64,000 nt of DNA from Opitutales bacterium (GCA_965226885.1 CBDDEL010000017.1:32001-96000), one strand, 5' to 3'; positions 10,378-19,756 are shown, counted from the stretch's first letter. Notes: a model not told the origin generated them from the letters alone. Numbers and translations: made by a program.

Positions 10378-11295
10378 TCAGGCGGCTTGTTTTGGTAAAG
10401 GGTTTTGTTTTCTCGTTGCCCCCCATGGGGGGCAAATATTTTCCTCGAATTGGACTGGGCTTTGGTAACTCAGAGAGGAATGTTTGCGATATCGGTTGTA
10501 GAAGATTTCCACGTATTCGAAGACAGTTGATCGCAGTTCGCGCTCGTCGGCAAAGTGGCGGCCTCGAATCGTGCTGGTCTTGAAGCGGCCGTAGAACGAT
10601 TCCATGGCCGCGTTGTCGTAGCAGTTGCCTTGGGCGCTCATGCTCGGCTTCATGCCTAGTTCAGAGACCAGCCTCTGATAGTCGTCGCTGGCGTAGGGGC
10701 TGCCCCGATCGCTGTGATGAATAATCCCGGTGCGCAGTGTGCCGCGGGTCATGGCCGCGGCTTTGAGGGCCTTGCCAACCAGCTTCGCGTCGTTGTGGTT
10801 GGAAACGCTCCAGCCCAGCAGGCGTCGGCTGAACAGGTCCATCACCGTGGCCAAGTACATCCAACCGGCCAGGGTCCGTAGGTAGGTCGTGTCCGCCACC
10901 CAGACCTCGTCGATATGGGTCGGCTGGCCATGCTTTTTAAGCACATTGGGGCTGTAACCATAGGGATGGTTACTGTTGGTTTTTAATGGCTTAAAGCGTT
11001 TACTCTGGGTGCTTTTGATTCCCATTTCACGCATCAGACGCAGAGCCCGGTCACGGCCGCAATCGATGCCCTCATCATCCTTCAGATGGCGGTGCATTGG
11101 CTGATGCCCATAGCGGCCCTTGGCCTCTTTGTGTACCTTCAGGATCGCCCCCTTGATTCCCTCGTCCTCGATCCGCCGGGCCGAGGGCGCTCGGTGCCTC
11201 CAGCAGTAATAGCCACTGCGACAAATCCCCATCGCCGAGCATATTTCCTCGATCTTGAAGCGCCCCTCGTTGTCTTTGACAAACTGGTACTTCAT
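10378..11295 (-). CDS. IS3 transposase OrfB (DDE integrase core)
   Basis: WVADTTY, HHSDRGS, CYDNAAMESFY; ATG overlaps the orfA stop (ATGA). Confidence 0.93.
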   Translation of the reverse strand: MKYQFVKDNEGRFKIEEICSAMGICRSGYYCWRHRAPSARRIEDEGIKGAILKVHKEAKGRYGHQPMHRHLKDDEGIDCGRDRALRLMREMGIKSTQSKRFKPLKTNSNHPYGYSPNVLKKHGQPTHIDEVWVADTTYLRTLAGWMYLATVMDLFSRRLLGWSVSNHNDAKLVGKALKAAAMTRGTLRTGIIHHSDRGSPYASDDYQRLVSELGMKPSMSAQGNCYDNAAMESFYGRFKTSTIRGRHFADERELRSTVFEYVEIFYNRYRKHSSLSYQSPVQFEENICPPWGATRKQNPLPKQAA

Positions 11296-11603
11296 TGTTC
11301 GTCCTTGGCAAAGTAGCCCACCGTTTTTTTTAGTATCTGGTTGATCCGCTCCGAGCGGCGCAGCTCTTTGCGAAGACGATCTATCTCGGCCGCCATCTCC
11401 TTCGGACTGCTCTGTCGCTTTGAGGTGGCTTCGCCCTGCTGATCGTCCAGATAGAGCCTCTTCCACCTATACAATTGGTTGGTGTTGACCCCAAGTTTGG
11501 TCGATACCTCGGTGGCGCTCAGACCATCGAGTATCATCAGTTGAACTGCCTCATTTTTGAACTCTATACTAAAGCGTCTTCTTCCCATGCTTCGATTCTC
11601 CAT
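11292..11603 (-). CDS. IS3 transposase OrfA
   Basis: RRFSIEFK HTH; ILKKTVGYF with an A8 slippery run near 11324-11331. Confidence 0.92.
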   Translation of the reverse strand: MENRSMGRRRFSIEFKNEAVQLMILDGLSATEVSTKLGVNTNQLYRWKRLYLDDQQGEATSKRQSSPKEMAAEIDRLRKELRRSERINQILKKTVGYFAKDEQ

Positions 11604-11885
11604 TTAGGAGAATCTCGTGTCCACTTTTTCCAGTGCACATCAGTATAAGTGATGAATGAAGTTATCCGGCTCCCAAACCGAAATAAATCCGACTGGCTTA
11701 GACCCATTGGTAGCCACCCAGATTTTTTCCCCCTCGGTGTCCCGGTCAAAATCGTCCTCTTTATACAAAGAGCTATCCATCCAATCGAAGGCGTGCTTCC
11801 GGGAGTGGAGGTAGATTTTTCGCAAAGCATTTCTATCGCACTCGCTGAAAAGTCGCGTGTCCATGGTTTTTCCTGAATAATAGTT

Positions 11886-12794
11886 TCAGGTGTTTTTCAA
11901 AATGGTAGCGATGCGCTCGGAAATGCCTTTCCATTGGCTGGCTCCGACGGTCACGGGGGCCCGTCTGCCCAGACCACGTGCCCAAACAGTTTTTAATCCG
12001 ATCTGTTTGGCATAATCCAGGTCTACCCCGCCGGGTGGAGCGGAGAGGTCCATGACGAGCGCATGCGGCGGGAGTTTATCGAGAACAGAGGGTGTTACAA
12101 TGCGTGCCGGTACGGTGGAAAAGAGGATGTCTAATTGAGGGGCCAACGATTCCAGGTCATCGGTGTGGGCTGCATCGGCTCCGGCATTGAGGGCGTCCGC
12201 TCTGGCTTCCGCTTTTCTGGCCGCCAGGGTGACGTTTGCCCCCAGCAGGACCAGAGTCCGCGTGAGCATGGCGCCGATATTGCCGTAGCCGACAACGCAG
12301 ACTTTTGACCGGTGCAGGGTCCTGTCGGTGTTTTCGATGGCCAATTGAAGGGCTCCCTCAATAATGGCGTGCATCCGCAGGAGCATCAGCTCCTTGTCCG
12401 ATTCGTATTCATGCAGCCCGATGCCGAGCGATTCAGCGGTTTGTTTGAGCGCTTCGTCGGGGGTCCCCAAAATTATATGGGCGCCGGTGTCCATGACACT
12501 TAAAAGATCGCCATCCAGCAGAATCGATTCGGTGGCGAAAAGAGAACCATCCACACTCATACCGGGAATCGGGAAAAGGGCAAAATGGGCTCCTTTGAGG
12601 GCATCCCGGGCGCTGTCCGATTTTTCCACCCCTTCGATTCCGCCGTCCGGCCAGGGAAATCCGAAAGCCAGCACCTTTGCCCCGGCAGCAGCGGCCAGGC
12701 GGGCAATTTCGCGCTCCCTCTCATCTCCGCCCACTACGGCGATCCGCAGGCGACTCCAATCGACGGAATCCTGGATTTTACTACCTTTTATCAT
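11886..12794 (-). CDS. Dipicolinate synthase subunit A (DpaA/SpoVFA)-like NAD(P)-binding protein
   Basis: IAVVGGDERE start, EGALQLAIENTDRTLH, GYGNIG, DLSAPPGGVD, ARGL; no DpaB partner in the window. Confidence 0.8.
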   Translation of the reverse strand: MIKGSKIQDSVDWSRLRIAVVGGDEREREIARLAAAAGAKVLAFGFPWPDGGIEGVEKSDSARDALKGAHFALFPIPGMSVDGSLFATESILLDGDLLSVMDTGAHIILGTPDEALKQTAESLGIGLHEYESDKELMLLRMHAIIEGALQLAIENTDRTLHRSKVCVVGYGNIGAMLTRTLVLLGANVTLAARKAEARADALNAGADAAHTDDLESLAPQLDILFSTVPARIVTPSVLDKLPPHALVMDLSAPPGGVDLDYAKQIGLKTVWARGLGRRAPVTVGASQWKGISERIATILKNT

Positions 12795-13880
12795 TTAACC
12801 CCTGATTTTTTCCAACAAGCCCTCTTTGTCGAGCCCCGCTATGCCCATTTTTTGGGCGTTCCTTCCCGTCGATTGGAAATCCTTTCCGGTCAGTATTTCG
12901 CCCAGTTTCAGGAGGGATTCGGCAGCGGGAGTTTTCACTCCGGCGATTTGCGCCAGGGCCAGGAACGGGACCAGGCCGTGCCCGAAATCCTCCCTATAAT
13001 AGCGATGTCCGAGCGAATCGGGCGCTTTGATTTTGCGGTTGGCTTTGCCCCCGGTGATGGCCCGGACCAGATCGCCTCCCTCCGAATGCGACTTTTCCAC
13101 CGTTCCGAGGGCCGTCATTTCATCGATTAATTGGGGTAAATTATGCCCGAAAGCATTTGCCGTGGCCAGCCTCTCGTCATCGAGGTTTTTCATGACACGG
13201 GCCACACCGGGGGTCATTCCCTCGACATAAAAAGTGAAATCGCCGCCGGTGGCCTCGATCCAGGCCGATCCCAGCACGGCGCAGGGCGGATGCAGGACCA
13301 GATTTACATTGGCCAGGCCGGTGGCCAGGATGTCCCCTACAATGTTGGCCGCCGGGTAAAGCTCTGCGCCCCAGCGAAGCGCTTCCCCGCCCCCCGGGAG
13401 GGCAGCCAGCCGAATGCTTTTGGCCGCGCTGGTGATGATCACCCGGTTCTCCCGGTATTTTCTGGCCACATAGGTGAGGGTGGAAAATTCAGCCAGGGGG
13501 GGCGGACGCATTCCGCGTTCCCTGAAAACATTCTCGAACTCCAGCGCGCCGCCTGTGTGTCCGGGATTGAGGACAATCGGCGTGGAGGTGAATCCGGCAT
13601 CGGCAATGGCGTGGGCCATCGCCGAATGGGCAAAGGTCGGCAGGCAAACCAGAAAAACTTCGGCTCCTTGCAGAACGGCCGGCAAATCGGTGGAAATGAG
13701 TTCGGGTTTGGCCAAGCCTTCTCCCAGGATGCCCTCGTACTCGACCCCGCCGGTTTCCCGCAAGGCATCAAGGGGGCACTGCGAACGGTTCCAGAGGCGT
13801 ACCTCACGGCCGCGGGAAATCTGTTCGGCCACCGCCGAAAGGCCGCCCGCCCCGGCGCCCAATATGGCTACGGCGCTCAT
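12795..13880 (-). CDS. NAD/NADP opine (octopine/nopaline) dehydrogenase family protein
   Basis: ILGAGAGG, LNPGHTGG, NVNLVLHP, FTFYVEG, RYYREDFGHGL; start 13880 overlaps the upstream stop (ATGA). Confidence 0.88.
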   Translation of the reverse strand: MSAVAILGAGAGGLSAVAEQISRGREVRLWNRSQCPLDALRETGGVEYEGILGEGLAKPELISTDLPAVLQGAEVFLVCLPTFAHSAMAHAIADAGFTSTPIVLNPGHTGGALEFENVFRERGMRPPPLAEFSTLTYVARKYRENRVIITSAAKSIRLAALPGGGEALRWGAELYPAANIVGDILATGLANVNLVLHPPCAVLGSAWIEATGGDFTFYVEGMTPGVARVMKNLDDERLATANAFGHNLPQLIDEMTALGTVEKSHSEGGDLVRAITGGKANRKIKAPDSLGHRYYREDFGHGLVPFLALAQIAGVKTPAAESLLKLGEILTGKDFQSTGRNAQKMGIAGLDKEGLLEKIRG

Positions 13881-15034
13881 TTTTCGGCGTATTTTTCCAG
13901 CTTGGCAAGGTCCACCTCGACGCCCAGCCCTGGGCCGTCTGGGGCCATGACTTGGCCGTCCTGGAACCTGAATGGCTCCGTCACAATATCGTCCAAGTAG
14001 TAAATACCGGCGATATCCGGCCCTGGCGCGCCCTCCGGTTTGGTAACCGGGCATACGCTGGGCAGGATGGCATTTTTGAGGGCCGTTCCCAGGTGGAGGT
14101 TGGCCGCGTTGCCAATTCCCAATTCGATGGAGCCTCCGATATCGCAATAAATCCCCAGGGTGTCGGCGAAATCGGCCTGCTGTTTGGCCCGGTAAAGGCC
14201 GCCCGGCTTGGTCACGTAGCAGGAAAAACAGGCGGCGGCTTCATTTTCATGCAATTCCAGAATATCCCCGACCGTCCAGGCCGACTCGTCGGCCATGACC
14301 GGGGTGTCGATGCGCGCGGCCACCTTGGCCAGACCCTCGATACCCGCCACCGGCTGTTCGCACAGAAAGATGCCATATTCCTCCTGTCGGCGGGTCACCT
14401 CGACGGCCTCCTGAATGGTGGCGTAGCCCTCGTTGCCATCAACCCGGATGCGTACCTCGTCTCCCAGTTTTTCCCTTAATTTTTGGACCAATTCCACATC
14501 TCTGGCGGGATCGAGGCCGGTTTTGCATTTGAGGGTGCGTGCCCCTTCGGCCACGGCTTGTTCCGCTTCGGTCACGCAGCGGTCGTTGTCCATGATGCCG
14601 AGGGAGTGGGCGATTTCGATACCATCGCGGTGGCGGCCCCCAAGGAGAGTGGAAACGGGCACTCCAAAGGCCTTTCCGGCGATATCGTAACAGGCCATGT
14701 CGATGGCCGCCTTGGCATAGGGATGGCCTTTGGCCGCCCGGTCCATTTGGGCATGCAGGACACCCATCTGCCTGGGATCCATACCTTTGATGGCGGGAAG
14801 CAGGTGATCCATGATGAGGTGTTTGACCGTTTCCGGGGATTCGCCGTAATAACGCATGGCGGCCCCGCCCCAAGTCATTCCGGCGGGCGCTTCGCCCCAG
14901 CCGCTGAGGCCCTCGTCGGTGTCGACCCGTACGATGGCATGCCGCCCTATGGGAGCGACCATTTTACTGGCCCAGGTGTGGTGGCGGCGGTTGGGGATGG
15001 CCACAATTGTTACGGTGCAATCGACGATTTTCAT
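13877..15034 (-). CDS. Enolase superfamily enzyme (muconate cycloisomerase / mandelate racemase-like)
   Basis: GWGEA, AAIDMACYD, KxK (LKCKTG), metal ligands DGNE / EQP / DES, PDGPGLGVEVD. Confidence 0.92.
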   Translation of the reverse strand: MKIVDCTVTIVAIPNRRHHTWASKMVAPIGRHAIVRVDTDEGLSGWGEAPAGMTWGGAAMRYYGESPETVKHLIMDHLLPAIKGMDPRQMGVLHAQMDRAAKGHPYAKAAIDMACYDIAGKAFGVPVSTLLGGRHRDGIEIAHSLGIMDNDRCVTEAEQAVAEGARTLKCKTGLDPARDVELVQKLREKLGDEVRIRVDGNEGYATIQEAVEVTRRQEEYGIFLCEQPVAGIEGLAKVAARIDTPVMADESAWTVGDILELHENEAAACFSCYVTKPGGLYRAKQQADFADTLGIYCDIGGSIELGIGNAANLHLGTALKNAILPSVCPVTKPEGAPGPDIAGIYYLDDIVTEPFRFQDGQVMAPDGPGLGVEVDLAKLEKYAEK

Positions 15035-15179
15035 AGTACCTCACTGATCGAAAATCGTTTTTATCTCAATTAAAATCTGATTGCCAGCAGAGGAGGCGTA
15101 AAAACATAATCATCGCCCATACCCTTGCCAGGAATCCGGCAAAGGTTGTTTTCAGCGAAAAAGGAGTGAATTAAATAAA

Positions 15180-15425
15180 ATGCCAGTAGTAACTGTTCAA
15201 ATGTGGCCGGGCCGGACAACCGAGCAAAAACGGGCCCTCGTCAAAGCCATCACCGATGCCATGGTCGAACACGCCAATGCCAGACCGGATGCCTTGCATG
15301 TGGTCTTACAGGAAGTGCCCCTGGAAAACTGGGGACGGGCCGGTGTGCTCGGCGTCGATCGAGTGGATTTGAAAAAGGATAAAAAGGAGGGAGAGGTAGA
15401 AGGGCAGGGCGTCGATGAGTCTTGA
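15180..15425 (+). CDS. 4-oxalocrotonate tautomerase family protein
   Basis: Catalytic N-terminal Pro (MPVVTV), GRTTEQK, WGRAG; upstream aaggag RBS. Confidence 0.92.
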   Translation: MPVVTVQMWPGRTTEQKRALVKAITDAMVEHANARPDALHVVLQEVPLENWGRAGVLGVDRVDLKKDKKEGEVEGQGVDES

Positions 15426-16404
15426 TTTACTCGATCCGGGTAAAACCGCGCTCATTGTCATCGACATGCAGAATGCCTTTGCCCACGAAAAGGGGACTCT
15501 GGGCATTTCCGGGGTAAACATCGAGCCGGCCCGTGAGGCCGTCGAACCGATTTCCCGATTGGTCAAAGGCTGCCAAAAAGCGGGTGTGCCGGTTCTGTGG
15601 ACCTTACAGGAACATTTTCCCGCTGAAAAGGACCACCGGCGCGGAAAAAAAAGGCTTCCCTCGCACACTTCGAAGCGCAAAACGGTTTCCGCCCTGGCCA
15701 GAAGCTGGGACGCCCAACTACTGGACGAACTGGCTCCGTTGGCAGACGATCCTTCGCTCATCATTCGCAAACACCGCTTCGGTGGATTTTATGAAACGCG
15801 TTTGCAAATCGTCCTCGAAATGCTGGGGGTGGAGGCGCTTTTAGTGACCGGAGCCACTGCCAATGCCTGCGTCGAGACGACGCTGCGCGAGGCCTATTTG
15901 CGCGATTACGATGTGGTCGCGGTGACCGATTGCATCGCCGGGGTATCAGCCGAATGGGAAAAACCGGCCCAGGAAGTCTGGGCGCATTATTTGGGTATAT
16001 TGGCCGATTCCTCAGCCGTTCTGGAATGGATTGAAAACGCGGGCGGCGCGCGCAACTTGGGTCTGGCCCATCTATTGTTGAAAGTGAGCAACCTCGAAAG
16101 ATCGCGACGGTTTTATGTCGAAATGCTCGGCTTTAAGGTGCGTCCCGATGCCTCGCCGCTGCCCGACGGGCGTCCCCTCGTGGTGATGGAGCAGGGTCTA
16201 GGCCTTACCATTGGCGGCGATGGCCAGGGCCAGGTGGATCATATCGCCTTTGAAGTGCGTGGGGTGGCGGAGTTTGCCCAACGCGTTAAAGAGGCCGGAG
16301 TTCCCATCTTCCGCGATCTTGGCCCCGGCGCCTACGGCTTGACCATTTACGTAAAAGATCCCGATGGCAACATCATCGAAATTTTTGAGAAAAATCCTCG
16401 TTAA
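15415..16404 (+). CDS. Isochorismatase-family cysteine hydrolase fused to a C-terminal VOC/glyoxalase domain
   Basis: D-K-C triad (VIDMQN, IRKHRF, ANACVETT); VOC part AHLLLKV...DHIAFEV...DPDGNIIE. Confidence 0.88.
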   Translation: MSLDLLDPGKTALIVIDMQNAFAHEKGTLGISGVNIEPAREAVEPISRLVKGCQKAGVPVLWTLQEHFPAEKDHRRGKKRLPSHTSKRKTVSALARSWDAQLLDELAPLADDPSLIIRKHRFGGFYETRLQIVLEMLGVEALLVTGATANACVETTLREAYLRDYDVVAVTDCIAGVSAEWEKPAQEVWAHYLGILADSSAVLEWIENAGGARNLGLAHLLLKVSNLERSRRFYVEMLGFKVRPDASPLPDGRPLVVMEQGLGLTIGGDGQGQVDHIAFEVRGVAEFAQRVKEAGVPIFRDLGPGAYGLTIYVKDPDGNIIEIFEKNPR

Positions 16405-16421
16405 AACGGGATTTTAGGGTG

Positions 16422-17258
16422 TCAGATTGAGGGTGGGGGAAACGGAAAAACCGTTTTTATTCCGGCCAGGGTTTCCTCGGTTGTGTGGTCGCCGGGAACG
16501 CATTCAAACCCGACTGGTCCGTCCCAGCCGAGGGCCTGCATTTCCCGCCAGATGGCGTGGATGTCGATTTCACCCGAACCGGGCATGCCACGCCCTGGAA
16601 CATTGGCGATGTGAATGGCTCCCGCCTTGTCGATGGTGCGCCGCAGGTTTTTGATGATGTTCCCTTCGTTGATCTGCTGGTGGTAGAGATCGAAAACGAA
16701 TTTCAGGCGCGGATAATCGATGCGTTTGACCAGTTCGTAGGTATCGACGGCGCTGCGCAAGAGGTAGCCCTGGACGTCGTCCTGGGAAAGAGGCTCGATG
16801 AGCAGATCGACATCGACCCCGGAGTTGGCGGCCAGTTTGGTCACTTTTTTGACGCCTTGGTCGAGGTTTGCCCAACGTTCTTCATCGGTTAACGGGCGGG
16901 AATGGGGAACCACGATTCCCCCGTGGCCCACCTCGTCGGTCTGCAAAAAGAGGGCTTTGACACCCGTTCGCGCGGCCATATCGAGGGACTCCTTGAATTG
17001 TTCGAGGACCTTTTCGTGGTCTGCGGCGTCGCAGAGGGAACCTTTGCGTGAACCGAAAACCGAATTGACGAAAATTCCGTTGTCCTGGGCCACCTGGGCC
17101 AGATGGTTGATATCCTTGTCGATCCAGTCCCAGAAATCGACACCGTTGAAACCGGCCTGGGCGGCGGCGGGGATGCGTTCCTCGACGGGCAGTTCATTCC
17201 AGAGGAACTGGTATTGGGGCATCCCGGCGATAGATTCGACCATGGCGATGTATTCCAT
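16422..17258 (-). CDS. Hydroxypyruvate isomerase-like TIM-barrel isomerase/epimerase
   Basis: LLIEPL, FDLYHQQINEGN, HIANVPGR, GFE. Confidence 0.82.
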   Translation of the reverse strand: MEYIAMVESIAGMPQYQFLWNELPVEERIPAAAQAGFNGVDFWDWIDKDINHLAQVAQDNGIFVNSVFGSRKGSLCDAADHEKVLEQFKESLDMAARTGVKALFLQTDEVGHGGIVVPHSRPLTDEERWANLDQGVKKVTKLAANSGVDVDLLIEPLSQDDVQGYLLRSAVDTYELVKRIDYPRLKFVFDLYHQQINEGNIIKNLRRTIDKAGAIHIANVPGRGMPGSGEIDIHAIWREMQALGWDGPVGFECVPGDHTTEETLAGIKTVFPFPPPSI

Positions 17259-17404
17259 TTTCAAATTCCGACCTAATTAAAATTATGGGTTAGGTTTATG
17301 TTTGCGGGAAACGTTTACTGTAATGGGAGGCGCCAGAGGTTGGAAATATGCCAGCACTATTTTTGTCTAGTCAATGACTTTAATCCGGTGCAAAATCTTA
17401 TCGA

Positions 17405-18754
17405 ATGAAAGCCGATCTTGTAATCCGTAATGCCAGGGTGGTGGACCACAAAGGCGAGTTTTTTAGTGGTATCGCCGTGTTGGGAGAAAAAATCCTTTTG
17501 ACCGGCACAAACGATGCCCTTCCCGAGGGGCGAAGGGAGATCGATGCCGAGGGGCGTTGCCTGATGCCGGGCGTGATCGACCCGCACTGTCATCTGGGGG
17601 TCAATTACCCTTATGATGAGGACATGCGCTCCGAAAGCGCCCAGGCGGCCCGCGGGGGGTTGACCACTTTTTTCCTCTATATCCGTAATAAGGAGCCTTC
17701 CTATATTCCATTTTATCATGACCGGCGGTCGGTGGGGGAGGCGAACTCCTGCCTCGATTTTGGTTTTCATTTCGGTATTCAGCGGGAGGAACATATCCAT
17801 GAAATCCCACGTATCGCGGAGGAAACGGGGGTGCAGTCTTTTAAACTTTATTTTGGCTACGAGGCGGACAATCCCATCGGTATCGTGCCCGCCACGGATG
17901 GCTGGGTTTATGGGGCCATGCAGAGGGCGGCCAAGCTGCCTCGGGGCAAGGTATCCGTGCATTGCGAAAACACGGCCATCGCCACCTGGTTGAAAAAAGA
18001 GCTGATGGCCACGGGACGCCAGGACCTGGGGGCTTTTACGGAATCGCGCCCGGCATTTTGCGAGGAGGAAACCATTGGGCGCATGATTTTTCTGGCGGAG
18101 TTGACCGGCTGCCCTCTTTATATTGTCCACACGACGATTGGCGTAGGTCCCATTATGGGAGCCGAGGCGCGGGCCCGGGGCGTCGATGTGACGATCGAGA
18201 CCTGCCCGCACTATCTTACGCGGACGGCTTATGATGAGGACCTCGATATGCGGGCCAAGATTTCCCCGCCTTTGCGCGATGAGAAGGAAAAGGAAATGCT
18301 TTGGGAGGGGGTTTTGAATGGTTCGGTGCGCAGTCTCGGTAGCGACCATGTGCCGTTTTTCCCAAAAAAAGGAGAGGATTTGTGGACGGAAAAACCGGGT
18401 ATCGTCTCCTTTCCCTGGGAACTGCCGCTGATGCTTTCGGAGGGCGTTCACCGGCGGGGTTTGCCGCTGTCCCGGCTGGCCTACCTCAATTCCGCTGGGC
18501 CGGCCCAGCATTTCGGTTTTTACCCGCAAAAAGGCTCCCTCCTGGCCGGAACCGACGCCGACCTCGTTCTGGTTGATTTGGACGAGGAGCGGGAAGTCGT
18601 CCACACCGGCAACGGAACCTGTATCTACGAAGGAATGAACCTCAAAGGCTGGCCCGTCCTGACCGTCTCAAGGGGCCGCATCATTTACGAAAACGGTGAA
18701 GTGGATGAAGATGCCTACGGCCACGGATTGTGCGTCAACGTCCCCGAAAAGTAA
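17405..18754 (+). CDS. Cyclic amidohydrolase (dihydroorotase/dihydropyrimidinase/allantoinase-like)
   Basis: Complete binuclear site: DPHCH, SFKLY, VHCEN, IVH, GSDH; ETCPHYL, SPPLR. Confidence 0.9.
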   Translation: MKADLVIRNARVVDHKGEFFSGIAVLGEKILLTGTNDALPEGRREIDAEGRCLMPGVIDPHCHLGVNYPYDEDMRSESAQAARGGLTTFFLYIRNKEPSYIPFYHDRRSVGEANSCLDFGFHFGIQREEHIHEIPRIAEETGVQSFKLYFGYEADNPIGIVPATDGWVYGAMQRAAKLPRGKVSVHCENTAIATWLKKELMATGRQDLGAFTESRPAFCEEETIGRMIFLAELTGCPLYIVHTTIGVGPIMGAEARARGVDVTIETCPHYLTRTAYDEDLDMRAKISPPLRDEKEKEMLWEGVLNGSVRSLGSDHVPFFPKKGEDLWTEKPGIVSFPWELPLMLSEGVHRRGLPLSRLAYLNSAGPAQHFGFYPQKGSLLAGTDADLVLVDLDEEREVVHTGNGTCIYEGMNLKGWPVLTVSRGRIIYENGEVDEDAYGHGLCVNVPEK

Positions 18755-18972
18755 TGATTTTCCCCGTCCTCAACATCTTCCTCTTCGCCTTCCTCTCCCT
18801 CATCCTCCCGACTTAATTTGAGACTCTGATAATGGCAAAATTCGTTCTTACGAAACCGATGACACCGGAAGATATAATCAAAGATTAGTGCTACAATGTC
18901 GAGTTCACTCGCGCAGCTTGTCCGCGCGATTCTCGGAAAGCAGTATTGGACACAACACTCAGGCTACTGTAT

Positions 18973-19725
18973 TCACTCCTTCCAGTCTTCCCATTGAGGT
19001 GCGCGTGCTTTGCTGATTCCTACCCTGCTATAGATAACGGCGTGATTAGTTTTGAATGGCCACGCACATTCGATACGCTTTTCGCGCTGCTTGTTACGAA
19101 AAATCAATCCCCTGGGACGTTGTGTACCCCAAAAAACTGAGTTGTCGGGTTTTCCGAGGAGGAGGCTAAAATGCACACCGGCAACGCGAAACTTAACTGC
19201 CTTAACTTCCCTTGTGTCGGTGTTGGTGAGCATTTCGAGAAAAAATTCCGTGGCCAGAACTTGATTTCCTGAGGGCGTTGGGACATACAGACCCCAACCA
19301 TCAGGCCATGTCCCACCCGACAATAATTGACACCACTTGGTCGGGACGGTCCCATTGTTGAAGTCCATTCCCACCGCCAAGCCACACATAATTTTCAGAA
19401 ACCATCGTTCGACCAACATACCGTCAACCGTTGTGACGGCTGGCAAGGTTTCTGGTCGTTTATCTGCTGCATCGATTACTTGAAAAAATTCACCAGCCAT
19501 ATTGTCGAGTTCGCTGAGAGCGGAGTTGTGCGTCTCGCAGAGAATATTCGAGATAAGAGATTTGATACCGAAGCACTGAAGAGTTTGTTTTGGTTGAAGC
19601 GGAAGCCCGCTGATTTGGACGTTCCCAGTGCCACTAATAGCATTTAGCACAGTAGCGGAAATGTAGTGCTCGCCGGAGATTTTTCCTCCGCATTTACCAT
19701 GACCTTGAAGAAAACAACTGCTCAT
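18973..19725 (-). CDS. Hypothetical protein with HNH-like nuclease motifs
   Basis: C..C, SGEHYIS, LCETHNSALSELD; lower GC than neighbours; start ATG 19725. Confidence 0.55.
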   Translation of the reverse strand: MSSCFLQGHGKCGGKISGEHYISATVLNAISGTGNVQISGLPLQPKQTLQCFGIKSLISNILCETHNSALSELDNMAGEFFQVIDAADKRPETLPAVTTVDGMLVERWFLKIMCGLAVGMDFNNGTVPTKWCQLLSGGTWPDGWGLYVPTPSGNQVLATEFFLEMLTNTDTREVKAVKFRVAGVHFSLLLGKPDNSVFWGTQRPRGLIFRNKQREKRIECAWPFKTNHAVIYSRVGISKARAPQWEDWKE

Positions 19726-19756
19726 GCCGTTCGTCCATGTGGTGCCCAACTAGATA

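Larger units (their letters stand above)
10315..11642 (-). mobile_element. IS3-family insertion sequence, copy 1 (1328 bp, ORFs intact)
   Basis: Imperfect terminal IRs TGACGTGTACTGG..GGACACG / TGATGTGCACTGG..GGACACG; orfA plus orfB; no target duplication visible. Confidence 0.95.
10031..11864 (-). pseudogene. GNAT acetyltransferase split by IS3 copy 1
   Basis: N-part (11643-11864) ends VGFISVW...FIHHLY; C-part (below 10315) reads VIGQGIGSALL...AIDFYLSKGW (GNAT motifs A/B). Confidence 0.85.

Noticed and set aside
10416..10435. Perfect 20-bp palindrome ttgccccccatggggggcaa
   Set aside because: Internal to the IS3 element (also in copy 2); not an independent host feature
13881..14147. N-terminal extensions of ORF-track calls (opine DH to 14147, amidohydrolase to 23336, ActB to 62044, IS3 orfB to 11466)
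   Set aside because: They overlap upstream genes; family-typical starts lie at 13880, 23084, 61879 and 11295
17357..18604. Long antisense ORFs (e.g. 17357-18604, 51906-52958, 58796-59710, 27318-28145)
   Set aside because: Opposite well-supported genes in GC-rich DNA, with no recognisable motifs
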